Assembly (NCBI GenBank): GCA_045580735.1 | Contig: JAZNOJ010000103.1 | Span: forward strand, 225 to 64,224 | DNA from: Candidatus Egerieisoma sp. | Lineage (GTDB): Bacteria; Bacillota; Clostridia; UBA1212; UBA1255 | DNA: 64,000 nt | Reading direction: 5' to 3' | Shown: one piece after another, positions 10,202-19,534 of the stretch | Layout: every line of letters begins with the position of its first letter | Numbering within the stretch: the stretch's first letter is position 1 | The notes under the pieces: generated by a model | What the model saw: only the letters and a program-made list of their open reading frames with translations | The model's database searches: none | Told to the model about the DNA's origin: nothing | Translations under genes and position numbers: made by a program

Positions 10202-11356
10202 CTAAATACTTCCATAAACGGAACCTATGCGTCTTTCCATTTCTGCCCAAGAATAACTTGAATTATAGATTTTTCTTTCTTTTAATGCAATTTTCTCATT
10301 TAAGTCCCTGTTTTCAATAAGTTTTCCAATTGCCTTGTTTAATGATTCTATATTGTAATCAATAACTTCGCCAATAGATTCATTTTCAACAACAGAAGCC
10401 ATACCAGTATTGCGAGCCATCAACAATGGTTTTCCAAGCAATAAAGCTTCATAAAACTTATTTGGAGCAGCATAAAAATGGTTTGGTATAGAAGGATCAT
10501 AAACAGCACACATTATATCACATTTTTTCTCCAATTGAATAGTTTTATCGTATGAAATTCTTCCATAATAGAATATGTTATCGTATTTTTGAGCCATATA
10601 TTCAAAATAGGGCTCCATGCCTGCTCCAAATCCTGCAACATGGAATTCACAATCTTTTCGAGAAGCAACTACTTCTGCAATTTTATCTATGAAACGTGAC
10701 TTACCAAAAACACCTACATATACAAGTTTCAGTCGTTCATTAGTAGCATTAGAATTTTCATTAAAATTTTCATTAAAATCAACATTCACATCTGGCGTAT
10801 TATGTATTACATATAAATTTTTAGGATTTGCTCCAGAAATTTGTTTTTTTCGTTCTTCTGTACAAATTATGGTTGCATCAGATTCATTAATTACTGAGTT
10901 TTCAAGTTTTTTTACTATATTACCTAGTTTTTTTCCATTTAAATTATGTGAATCTACATAATAGTCTGGTATATCATATATGAATTTTTTCTTGAATTTC
11001 TTTGCACATTTCTGGGCTGTATAGCCTGTGTCAAAATCATATGCATGAATTATATCATATTCATTTTTATGTTTTTTAAGCCACTTATAAATGAACTTTT
11101 GAAAACCTAATAGTCCTTTTAAATTCTTCCTTATTCCTCCCGAAAATTGTCCTTTTATACCTATACGATATATTTTTACTGTCGTGTCTTTTAACTTTAG
11201 CAACTCCTCTTTGGGTTTATAATCATCATCTCTGTCCCAAGCTAAAACAAAAACTCCATACTCGTTCTTTGCAAGATAATTAGCCATTTTTTCAAGTCTC
11301 GGATAAGGTTTTATTGGATTTGACCTTATTAAAACAACACTTTTCAATAATTTCAC
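10202..11356 (-). CDS. glycosyltransferase, GT1/GT4-like
   Basis: 384 aa. C-terminal donor-binding pattern NKFYEALLLGKPLLMARNTGMASVVENESIGEVI. The annotated start is GTG inside GAGAGGTG; the TTG at 11347 is an alternative. Confidence 0.7.
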   Translation of the reverse strand: MKLLKSVVLIRSNPIKPYPRLEKMANYLAKNEYGVFVLAWDRDDDYKPKEELLKLKDTTVKIYRIGIKGQFSGGIRKNLKGLLGFQKFIYKWLKKHKNEYDIIHAYDFDTGYTAQKCAKKFKKKFIYDIPDYYVDSHNLNGKKLGNIVKKLENSVINESDATIICTEERKKQISGANPKNLYVIHNTPDVNVDFNENFNENSNATNERLKLVYVGVFGKSRFIDKIAEVVASRKDCEFHVAGFGAGMEPYFEYMAQKYDNIFYYGRISYDKTIQLEKKCDIMCAVYDPSIPNHFYAAPNKFYEALLLGKPLLMARNTGMASVVENESIGEVIDYNIESLNKAIGKLIENRDLNEKIALKERKIYNSSYSWAEMERRIGSVYGSI

Positions 11357-11482
11357 CTCTCACATATTCATTCACTTATAACTAAAAAAGATTTTAGTCA
11401 TTTAAACAAAAATATAAAGAATAAATATATTATCTAAAAAAAACATTTCAAAATATTCCTATAAAATCCATAAAATGTGATT

Positions 11483-12649
11483 TTAATTATTTTCTTTCAA
11501 TTCTACACTATAAATATTTTTAATTTCTTCTTTTACCATTTCTGAACTAAATTGTTTTATAATTTGCAAATTATTTGTGCCCATATTTTTCCTTAATACA
11601 GGATTTGATGCAAGATAATTTATTTTTTCTGAAAAATCCGATATATCATTTACACCACATAAATAACCACCCCCAGTGTTTTCTAGCAAATCTGTATTTC
11701 CTCTGATTTTACTAACCACACATGGCAAACCACTTGCCATAGCCTCCATCATCGAACGGGGCAAACCTTCTTGTTTTGACGTAAAAAGGAAGATATCTGA
11801 TGCTCCAAGAAGTTCCTTGACATCTGTTCTAAAACCCAAAAAATGAATTTGATTTTTAATATTCAAAATTTCAGATAAATTCTCTAATTTTTCTAATTCA
11901 GGTCCATTTCCACAAATAAAATAATGCAAATGGGGGTTATTTAATTTTGCTATAGCACGTATGGCAACTGAATAATTTTTTCTTTCTACTAAATCACCCA
12001 TAGAAATCAATGAAATATCATCTTTTGAAAGCCCTAATTCTTTACGTTTTTCTGATCTAAATTTTGATACATCCTTGTACTCACATAAATTAATTCCCAC
12101 TCCATGAACATAATATACATTTCCGTTTTTTCTCAATTTAAATAACTTTGCTGCCTCATAGTCTTCTTTATTAATTGTAATAATTACATCCGTCCAACGA
12201 GCCATAATTTTTTCTGCCCATTTTAAAATAGTTCTATTAAAAAATGGTGCACCCTTATAAAAATGAAAACCATGAGCAGTATAAATAATCTTCTTAACTT
12301 TATATTTTCTACCGCATAAGCGACCAACAATACCACCAATTGGTGTATTACAATGAATAACCTCAATATTTTTTTCATTGATCAACTTTGATAGATTTTT
12401 ATATGCAATCCAATTATCGTGAAAAGCAGTAAGACTACGATATGTATGTGAATCATATAACCTTATAGGGAGTTCACATTCTAGTTCCTCCGCATTTTCT
12501 CTATTTGTTCCTAAATATACATCATAGCCCATGTCTAAAGCTATCTCTAAACATGGTTTACTAACATTTGTCGGTATAACTACATCTCTGCTTTTATATT
12601 TTAATTCTGTAGGCTTTGTACTATTTCCAACAAACACAAATCCGCTCAT
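11483..12649 (-). CDS. glycosyltransferase family 4
   Basis: 388 aa. HGFHFYKGAP plus the EX7E-type region FTSKQEGLPRSMMEAMASGLPCVVSKIRGNTDL. Confidence 0.85.
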   Translation of the reverse strand: MSGFVFVGNSTKPTELKYKSRDVVIPTNVSKPCLEIALDMGYDVYLGTNRENAEELECELPIRLYDSHTYRSLTAFHDNWIAYKNLSKLINEKNIEVIHCNTPIGGIVGRLCGRKYKVKKIIYTAHGFHFYKGAPFFNRTILKWAEKIMARWTDVIITINKEDYEAAKLFKLRKNGNVYYVHGVGINLCEYKDVSKFRSEKRKELGLSKDDISLISMGDLVERKNYSVAIRAIAKLNNPHLHYFICGNGPELEKLENLSEILNIKNQIHFLGFRTDVKELLGASDIFLFTSKQEGLPRSMMEAMASGLPCVVSKIRGNTDLLENTGGGYLCGVNDISDFSEKINYLASNPVLRKNMGTNNLQIIKQFSSEMVKEEIKNIYSVELKENN

Positions 12650-12718
12650 ATAATCACCTTTAAATAATTTAGTCGAAATGAATTTAAAACATTAACCTTA
12701 ATCTATAAAAAAACAATT

Positions 12719-13993
12719 TTAAATTTCGTAATCTATGACAAACGGCATTTTCATATCCTCCCCTAATTCATTTGTTACATTTACTAATTTATAAATATCA
12801 TCAACAAAAGATTGAATTTGTTTTCTGTTTTCTTTCACCATATGAATACGCACTAAAACTTGTTGCAAAGTTCCAACCATATCTACAGTATCACCTTCAT
12901 GCAGTAATTGTACTACACTTATTACTCCATCTAACTTTTTTACAGCTTCCAAACCTACAATTCTTGATATTGTTCCAGGATTAACCAGTATACTCAGCTG
13001 CGCACATACTTTTCCATTCAATTTCCAATCCATTTTTTCCAATTCTTTTTTAGTTGTCATACTACCAGTCAACGAGTGATTTATCATCCAATGTAATGGG
13101 TTTATATCGCAAACCTCAGAATAAATAATAGTATCTAATGTACCACAGAACCTCAAACCAGGATCAAAAAAACGAATCTTTTCATCATCTATAAAACCTT
13201 GAATAAATAAAGTTCCATCTTTAGGTCCATATTCTTTTAATAATTTCTCCATACGTGGATGAATTTTCTCCATATATTGTTGTGAAAACCTAGATGGATA
13301 AATAGACAAGTTTGACAATGCTCCAAGACCTTTTTGTTGAGTATTCATATACCGGTCTCCTAACATCCAAACATATATGTTCCCATCTGCAAAGATATAA
13401 CTAACTATAAATTCTGGGCATTTCATATATTTTTCTATTATATATTCGTTAGATCTAGAAAATTTTCTCGCTTTTTCAATTGCTGCACAAACATCCAAAG
13501 AATTATAACAGATAGTGATTCCCTTAGAACCACAGCTGTCAACTGGTTTAAAAACTACCGGATAAGGTAATATTCCTAAATCTTCCATATCTATATCATT
13601 TGAAATTTTATATTCTTCAACTATATCAATACCAAATTTTTTGCATAGTAATTTGAAATTTTCCTTATTTTGAAGATTGTTCCAATTATCTTCATTTATA
13701 TAAAAGGGGATATTACATCTTGGAGCAACTTTGGTTACACAATCAATGATATCTTCATTTCCTAATGCTATAATCCCATCAAACTTTTTATTATTAACTA
13801 ATTCACAAATTTCTTCAACATTTGAAGCTTCGGCAATATAATAATCTTCCACATATTTATTCATTTCCTCATTAATTTCATTGCCTGCTGCAAACAAATG
13901 AAACCCCATCTTTTCTGCATATAATTTTACAAAAGGAGTATAACTAGCCCCTCCTAGCATTAACAATGATTTTCCTTCCAAAAGCGCTTCCAT
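12719..13993 (-). CDS. ATP-grasp domain protein (carboxylate-amine ligase type), glycan-modification candidate
   Basis: 424 aa. Pre-ATP-grasp Rossmann N-terminus (KSLLMLGGASY), central YPVVFKPVDSCGSKGITIC and EYIIEKYM segments typical of ATP-grasp folds. Confidence 0.7.
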   Translation of the reverse strand: MEALLEGKSLLMLGGASYTPFVKLYAEKMGFHLFAAGNEINEEMNKYVEDYYIAEASNVEEICELVNNKKFDGIIALGNEDIIDCVTKVAPRCNIPFYINEDNWNNLQNKENFKLLCKKFGIDIVEEYKISNDIDMEDLGILPYPVVFKPVDSCGSKGITICYNSLDVCAAIEKARKFSRSNEYIIEKYMKCPEFIVSYIFADGNIYVWMLGDRYMNTQQKGLGALSNLSIYPSRFSQQYMEKIHPRMEKLLKEYGPKDGTLFIQGFIDDEKIRFFDPGLRFCGTLDTIIYSEVCDINPLHWMINHSLTGSMTTKKELEKMDWKLNGKVCAQLSILVNPGTISRIVGLEAVKKLDGVISVVQLLHEGDTVDMVGTLQQVLVRIHMVKENRKQIQSFVDDIYKLVNVTNELGEDMKMPFVIDYEI

Positions 13994-14015
13994 AATTAAT
14001 AGTCCCTTTCAAACT

Positions 14016-15191
14016 TTAATTTACATCTATACGAATACTTGCAATTGCTTGATTGCATGCCTCAATTGCCTCTACTGCACTATTTGCCTGTGCAATAACG
14101 AATCCCACTCGATCTATACTACTATCAATATTATTTACAGTTTCACCTTCATGCTTGATAAAAACAATATCTTTAATTCCTGGAATTTTATAAGCTTCTT
14201 CTACCCCATAGATACCAGTAATCATTCCACACGGCACCGAAAAAAAACGAATAGCAGAACCTTTGTCAATCGTTTTCGATATATTAGGTTCCTCTCCCAA
14301 TGCAATTTTTATAGTACTACTAACCATATCAATACCAGTAGACAATGGAACTAAATGAGTAGTAATACAATCCCCTCCCATGCGAGCTCCAAGTTCTACC
14401 ATCTTTGGACCTTCTTTTGTAACTATGATTTCAACATGTGCTGGCCCATTATATATACCTATCGAAAGTACCGCACGACATGCCAAATCAGCGATTTTAT
14501 TTTGAATATCTAACGACAACCTTGATGGTTGTGAATGTCCCATCTCAACAAAATGTGGAGCTCCTGTTGTAATTTTATCTGTTATCTGAAGAACATGAGG
14601 TTTACCGTGATATACAATTAATTCAACACTAACCTCTGGTCCTTGCATATATTCTTCGATAATTACATCTCCATGACGACTATTTTTAGAAGAATATGAT
14701 ATAGCCTCTTTTAATTCATTTTCATTTCGAACAAGTATGACACCCCTGCTACCCGAATTATCTGTTGGTTTAGATATCAAAGGAAATGAATAGGAACCTA
14801 AAACAGGATCTTCTCCTGCTGGAATAATACTAAACCAAGGCTTTTCAATACCTGCAACTTCAAAAGCCTTAATCATTTCACCTTTATCTGTTGCTTTTAC
14901 TGCAGAATCATATTCGAGTCCTTGGAGTCCTAACTTTCCACAAGCATATGCCAAAGCTCTCATTGGCATATCAGTAGCAAGTGTAACTATACCATCAGCT
15001 TTAAAATTTTTCGCAACTTGATATATTCCCTCTTCATCAATTGTTGAGACGTTAAAATATTCATCCGCAAACGGTATACCCACAGCATTCGGATTGTAAT
15101 CTGCAACGGCCACATACAGTCCCATTTCCTTGGCTTTTTTTATTGCCGGTATCTGTAATACTGAAGCACCAATTACTAATAACCTTTTCAT
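14016..15191 (-). CDS. ATP-grasp domain protein (L-amino-acid-ligase/PurK-like carboxylate-amine ligase)
   Basis: 391 aa. KRLLVIGAS N-terminus, FPLISKPTDNSGSRGVILV, VIIEEYMQGPEVSVE, GPAHVEIIVTKEGPKMVELGARMGG. Confidence 0.75.
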   Translation of the reverse strand: MKRLLVIGASVLQIPAIKKAKEMGLYVAVADYNPNAVGIPFADEYFNVSTIDEEGIYQVAKNFKADGIVTLATDMPMRALAYACGKLGLQGLEYDSAVKATDKGEMIKAFEVAGIEKPWFSIIPAGEDPVLGSYSFPLISKPTDNSGSRGVILVRNENELKEAISYSSKNSRHGDVIIEEYMQGPEVSVELIVYHGKPHVLQITDKITTGAPHFVEMGHSQPSRLSLDIQNKIADLACRAVLSIGIYNGPAHVEIIVTKEGPKMVELGARMGGDCITTHLVPLSTGIDMVSSTIKIALGEEPNISKTIDKGSAIRFFSVPCGMITGIYGVEEAYKIPGIKDIVFIKHEGETVNNIDSSIDRVGFVIAQANSAVEAIEACNQAIASIRIDVN

Positions 15192-15196
15192 AATAA

Positions 15197-15877
15197 CTAA
15201 GCTTCCTTCTTTTCAATTTCGATGTTTAAACAGTCTATTTCGGTTGAATCACTATTTTTATTAGTTGTTCGTTCAACACTCTCCTGATAATTTATATTTT
15301 TCGAAGATATAACACTTTTGATAGTTTGGATTAAAATTTTTAAATCCAAAACAAAAGATAAATTGTCTACATAGAAACAATCATTAAGAAACTTTTCGTT
15401 TTGTGTTATTGAATTACGAAAATACGCTTGTGAATATCCTGTAATACCAGGGCGTACCATAAGCCTTTTTTTTCTTATATCATCAAAGTTAGAATAGTCC
15501 CCTACCGCTAGATTTGGACGTGGACCTATAAAACTCATATCTCCAATCAACACATTTAGAATTTGAGGGAGTTCATCAATTGATAACTTCCTCATTATAC
15601 GACCAATTTTCGTTACTCTAGGATCATCATCTCCACTATATGTAGATCCATCCTCATTCTTTAATACAGGTGCGTCCACTTTCATTGAGCGTAACTTAAA
15701 CATCTTAAATATTTTTCCATTTTTTCCTCTACGTGGCGCAATATAAAAAATTGGTCCATTGTCAGATAAGAATATAATTGGAGCAAAAATCATTATTACC
15801 ATTAAAACAAAAGGTAAAGCAATAATAGAAACAACTATATCCAAAAAGCGTTTTAGAAATTTCCCATAAAAGTGCAT
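15197..15877 (-). CDS. small monotopic phosphoglycosyl transferase (bacterial sugar transferase, PglC/EpsL-like), initiating enzyme
   Basis: Motifs RFLDIVVSIIALPF (re-entrant helix), DELPQILNVLIGDMSFIGPRP, RPGITGYSQ. I prefer the ATG at 15877: it has RBS AAGGAG and a TGATG overlap with the aminotransferase stop. The ORF track extends to 15913. Confidence 0.85.
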   Translation of the reverse strand: MHFYGKFLKRFLDIVVSIIALPFVLMVIMIFAPIIFLSDNGPIFYIAPRRGKNGKIFKMFKLRSMKVDAPVLKNEDGSTYSGDDDPRVTKIGRIMRKLSIDELPQILNVLIGDMSFIGPRPNLAVGDYSNFDDIRKKRLMVRPGITGYSQAYFRNSITQNEKFLNDCFYVDNLSFVLDLKILIQTIKSVISSKNINYQESVERTTNKNSDSTEIDCLNIEIEKKEA

Positions 15878-17097
15878 CAATTTATATACTCCTTCACGAT
15901 ATCTGTATAACATTCACTCACAAATTCCACATCCTCATCCGTCAAGCAGGTATGTAGTGGCAGTGTAATTTCATTTTCAAATTGCCTATATGCATTAGGA
16001 TAATTTTTAATATTAAATCCCAAATTTTTATAAGCAGTATGCATCGGCAACGGCTTATAATGAACATTACAAGCGATTCCATTTTCAGCCATCTTTGTAA
16101 TAATTTCATTTCTTTTTTCTACATCAATGCCAGGAATTCTAGTCAAGTATAAATGACCAGAAGACTCCCATTTATCAGTATAATGATTTAATGTTTTCAC
16201 CCCATAAGGATTCAACAATAAATCATACTTTTGTATAATTTCTTTTCTTCGTTTTAACATTTTATCATACCGTTCAAGCTGCATAAGACCTATTGCAGCC
16301 GCAACGTCAGTCATATTACACTTATAATACGTACCTACAATGTCATATTCCCATGATCCCAATTGTGTCTTAGCCAACGCATCTTTAGATTGGCCATGAA
16401 GGCTAAGCAATTGAAGTTTCTTATAGATGTCATCATTACTAATTCCTGGAATTGTTTTCCAAGTTAATGCGCCACCCTCTGCAGTAGTCAAATTCTTTAC
16501 TGCGTGAAAGCTAAAACTCGAAAAATCAGCAATAGATCCTACGTATTTCCCCTGTAATTTTGCACCAAACGCATGAGCTGTATCAGCCATAACTGCAATT
16601 CTACCTAAAGCAGCTTGTAAATCATTTTGAGGCTTAAATAATATTTGTTTTTTCTGAACTATTCTAAAAATTCTATCATAATCACACGGAATACCTGCCA
16701 AATCCACTGGAATAATGGCCTTTGTACGCTCAGTTATAGCATTTTCAAGGGCATCATAGTCCATTTCAATATTATCTGCTTGTGTATCTACTAATACTAT
16801 CTTCGCACCTACATGATCTATTACAGATGCTGTAGCAGTATATGTATAAGCACTAGTTATTACTTCATCACCTTTTCCGATTCCCATAACTCGTAGTGCC
16901 ATCTCTGCACATGCCGTTTGAGAGTTAAGACATACACATCTTTCAGTTCCTACCATTTCTGCGATTTTATTTTCTAGTAATTTTGTCCTTGGTCCAGTAG
17001 TTATCCATCCAGATTTAAGTGTCCTTACTACTTCTTCTATTTCAAGCTCACTAATATCAGGAGGACTAAAAGGAATTGTTTTATTATCTATTGCCAT
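15877..17097 (-). CDS. DegT/DnrJ/EryC1/StrS-family PLP-dependent sugar aminotransferase
   Basis: PLP-lysine region FSSFSFHAVKNLTTAEGG and N-terminal PFSPPDISELEIEEVVRTLKSGWITTG. The ORF track start at 17109 is GTG; the ATG at 17097 is used here. Confidence 0.88.
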   Translation of the reverse strand: MAIDNKTIPFSPPDISELEIEEVVRTLKSGWITTGPRTKLLENKIAEMVGTERCVCLNSQTACAEMALRVMGIGKGDEVITSAYTYTATASVIDHVGAKIVLVDTQADNIEMDYDALENAITERTKAIIPVDLAGIPCDYDRIFRIVQKKQILFKPQNDLQAALGRIAVMADTAHAFGAKLQGKYVGSIADFSSFSFHAVKNLTTAEGGALTWKTIPGISNDDIYKKLQLLSLHGQSKDALAKTQLGSWEYDIVGTYYKCNMTDVAAAIGLMQLERYDKMLKRRKEIIQKYDLLLNPYGVKTLNHYTDKWESSGHLYLTRIPGIDVEKRNEIITKMAENGIACNVHYKPLPMHTAYKNLGFNIKNYPNAYRQFENEITLPLHTCLTDEDVEFVSECYTDIVKEYIN

Positions 17098-17177
17098 AAA
17101 CTTTCTCACTCTTCTTTATAACCTAAAAATTTATAAATTTAATTTATTAACGAAGCAATTACTAAAAAAGTCCTACT

Positions 17178-17717
17178 TCATATCCTTCGTTTTTTTAATA
17201 TATCCAGTCCCAATGTCACTGGAACAATTTTCCCTAAAATTTCCAACTCAACAATCGCCTCACGTCTGTGACGATTAATTTTCTTTATCATACTTTCTTT
17301 ACCGATAAGAGGTCCCTGTGTCACAATAATCTTATCTCCCTCTATTAACCCCTCAGAAACCTCGATATTTCCATCGTTGTTACAAAGGCTCATCAAAAAA
17401 AGTTTTTCATCTTCACGCATCGCCAAATCGCATGAATCATCATATTTGAGAACCTTCAAATTGCAATTATTTTTTCTCGAAAAATCCTTTATCTCGCCGA
17501 GAAAATCCACATCATTTAAACCACTTTCAACAAAAACGTAACCAGGAAAAAGAATCTTATTTTCCTTCGTAATCACATTGTTTGCATATCTGTGAAACAC
17601 CTCCATGAGAGGCACAAAGGCTCTCGCAATACCGTTGTCAAAATGTTTTTCGAGTTTATCTATCACAGAATTTTCACTTCCGGTCCTAACGGATACGACA
17701 TACCAATTTAGTTTCAA
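17178..17717 (-). CDS. loaP: NusG-family specialised paralog (LoaP/UpxY-type operon-specific antiterminator); TTG start
   Basis: 179 aa. NGN domain WYVVSVRTGSENSVIDKLEK...FPGYVFVES and KOW motif GDKIIVTQGPLIGKESMIKKI. It is not in a secE-nusG-rplK context and is the first gene of the glycan operon. RBS GGAGAGGAG precedes the TTG. Confidence 0.75.
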   Translation of the reverse strand: MKLNWYVVSVRTGSENSVIDKLEKHFDNGIARAFVPLMEVFHRYANNVITKENKILFPGYVFVESGLNDVDFLGEIKDFSRKNNCNLKVLKYDDSCDLAMREDEKLFLMSLCNNDGNIEVSEGLIEGDKIIVTQGPLIGKESMIKKINRHRREAIVELEILGKIVPVTLGLDILKKRRI

Positions 17718-17941
17718 AAGTAGCTCCTCTCCTCTAGCTCAAATTTATTGATTTTATTTTACTAGATAATAAATCTACTAAATTTAAGCACACATAACCA
17801 TTTCGAATAATAAAAATTGTTCGAAAACACAAATGGTCAATTATAGGCTGTATCTTTTTTTAACGCGCCAGGCACCGATTAAAAATTAAGTACAGTAACA
17901 TCTTGCTTTTGCATAGTTAACCATTAAGCATAAGCTATTAA

Positions 17942-17970
17942 ATTTTAGCATACCAATATATAGTTGTCAA
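17942..17970 (-). promoter_or_regulatory. sigma-A-type promoter of the glycan operon (TTGACA-17 nt-TAAAAT, with upstream TG)
   Basis: The minus strand reads TTGACAactatatattggtaTGcTAAAAT. Perfect -35, 17-nt spacer, extended -10. It lies ~220 nt upstream of the loaP start. Confidence 0.6.
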
Positions 17971-18100
17971 TCAAACTACTATAACAATATTTGTAAAACC
18001 AGACCTAATAAATACTGTTAAAATACTTTTTCAAACTATATATATAAGTTATATAAATTCGTCATTAAAACACATTTTTTGTTTGTATTTCACTTTATTT

Positions 18101-18580
18101 TTAGTTAATTCTTACATTGTTCTTTTTTATTTTCATAAAAATATGCAGAAAATCTTTTCTCATATTTGTTATTTTCTCATGGCACAATGCTATCTTTTTC
18201 TTTGTTTTGCAGTAATTATGACATCTTTTTTCTTTATGTATCAACTGTCTTTGTAATCTTACCAGTTTCTTCTCATGTTTCTTTATAATTTGAGGTTTTT
18301 CGCAATTCTTCCCATCAGAAGCAATACATAAATCTTTAATCCCTAAATCTAATACAATATTTTTCTTAACATGTTCTAATTCTTAATATTCCTTTTCCAC
18401 AAGGATTGATACATAATGTTTCCCACTTGACACCAGCGACAACGTTGCAGACTTTATCTGCACGCTAAAATATTTATGCAGTTTTGATAAATCTAAAAAA
18501 CACTTCATAGTTTTATAAAAAAACTTTTTACATTTAAAATGTATTATGATATCAAAAAGTGGTATAATTTGCATAAACAA
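18101..18580 (-). pseudogene. TnpB (IS605/IS1341-family) relic, truncated at both ends, internal stop at 18383-18385
   Basis: Minus-strand, single frame: ...KYFSVQIKSATLSLVSSGKHYVSILVEKEY-stop-ELEHVKKNIVLDLGIKDLCIASDGKNCEKPQIIKKHEKKLVRLQRQLIHKEKRCHNYCKTKKKIALCHEKITNMRKDFLHIF.... This is collinear with the intact TnpB at 60562-61674 ([17 protein letters not shown]...[22 protein letters not shown]...[11 protein letters not shown]...[18 protein letters not shown]). The RuvC-II/III and zinc-finger regions are absent. Confidence 0.7.
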
Positions 18581-18616
18581 ATATTAATCAGCACATTAAA
18601 GAAAGTAGGCTAAAAA

Positions 18617-19297
18617 ATGTTTAATATTTTAGTTGTAGATGATGATAAAAACACACGTTTACTCTTCAAAACCATTTTGGAAGAAAATAAATATATTGTT
18701 TTCACCGCTGAAAATGGTGAAGAAGCATTAAATCTAATGGATAAGGAGCATATTGATTTAGTCCTATTAGATATAATGATGCCTAAAATGGATGGTTATG
18801 AGTTTACAAAGCTTATAAGAGAAAACGATGACAATCTCCCAATTTTAATGGTTTCAGCCAAACAATTACCACAAGACAAACAAAAAGGCTTTATTGTCGG
18901 AACAGATGACTATATTACAAAGCCTATAGATGAAACAGAAATGCTACTTAGAATTAAAGCACTCCTCAGACGTGCAAAAATTGTAAACGAAAGAAAAATA
19001 ATAATAGGTAATGTTGTGGTAGATTACGACAGTCTCACAATAAGTCGAAACGGTGAAAAGCAAGAACTACCACAAAAAGAATTTTTACTTTTATATAAGC
19101 TTTTATCTTATCCAGATAAAATATTTACTCGAATACAACTTATGGACGAAATATGGGGTGCAGAATCTGAAACGGGTTGGGAAACTGTAACAGTACATAT
19201 TGGAAGATTAAGAAAAAGACTTGAAAATTATGACGAATTTTCAATAGAATCCGTCAGAGGTCTCGGTTATAAAGCAGTAAAACATATAAATACATAG
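18617..19297 (+). CDS. OmpR-family response regulator
   Basis: 226 aa. Receiver domain (ILVVDDD, DLVLLDIMMPKMDG, SAK) and winged-helix C-terminus (ELPQKEFLLLYKLL...VHIGRLRKRL...VRGLGYKA). Confidence 0.92.
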   Translation: MFNILVVDDDKNTRLLFKTILEENKYIVFTAENGEEALNLMDKEHIDLVLLDIMMPKMDGYEFTKLIRENDDNLPILMVSAKQLPQDKQKGFIVGTDDYITKPIDETEMLLRIKALLRRAKIVNERKIIIGNVVVDYDSLTISRNGEKQELPQKEFLLLYKLLSYPDKIFTRIQLMDEIWGAESETGWETVTVHIGRLRKRLENYDEFSIESVRGLGYKAVKHINT

Positions 19298-19534
19298 CAA
19301 AGCTATTAAATATAATATTTACCATAATTATTGATAAAAGTACAAAAAACGCTTGTCTAAAACAAATGTATTATCAATTAATCTCATATATATGTAGTAA
19401 CTAAAAATCATAAGCAATAAGAAGCCTCTAAAATTTTATTTCTCGATATACTTTGTTATCTAGTCAGCTTATTCAAAATCAAATCTATTATTAAAATACG
19501 TAACATTTATTCATACGAGAGGAAAGAGTTCTAT

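Noticed and set aside
17718-18100. RfaH-type ops/JUMPStart element, or inverted repeats flanking an invertible promoter, in the glycan-operon upstream region
   Set aside because: There is no GGCGGTAG-like ops motif. I found no pair of inverted repeats bracketing the promoter at 17942-17970, only short local palindromes (TAGAT-5-ATCTA and TTTCGAA-12-TTCGAAA).
18383-18580. 65-aa ORF as an independent small gene next to the response regulator
   Set aside because: Its C-terminal half continues, across one TAA and in the same frame, into TnpB-like sequence. It is therefore part of a pseudogene rather than a stand-alone CDS.
19298-19534. Possible small gene or sRNA in the 237-nt gap between the response regulator and the kinase
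   Set aside because: Only a 12-codon ATG ORF without an RBS is present. There is no hairpin or terminator and no repeat structure.
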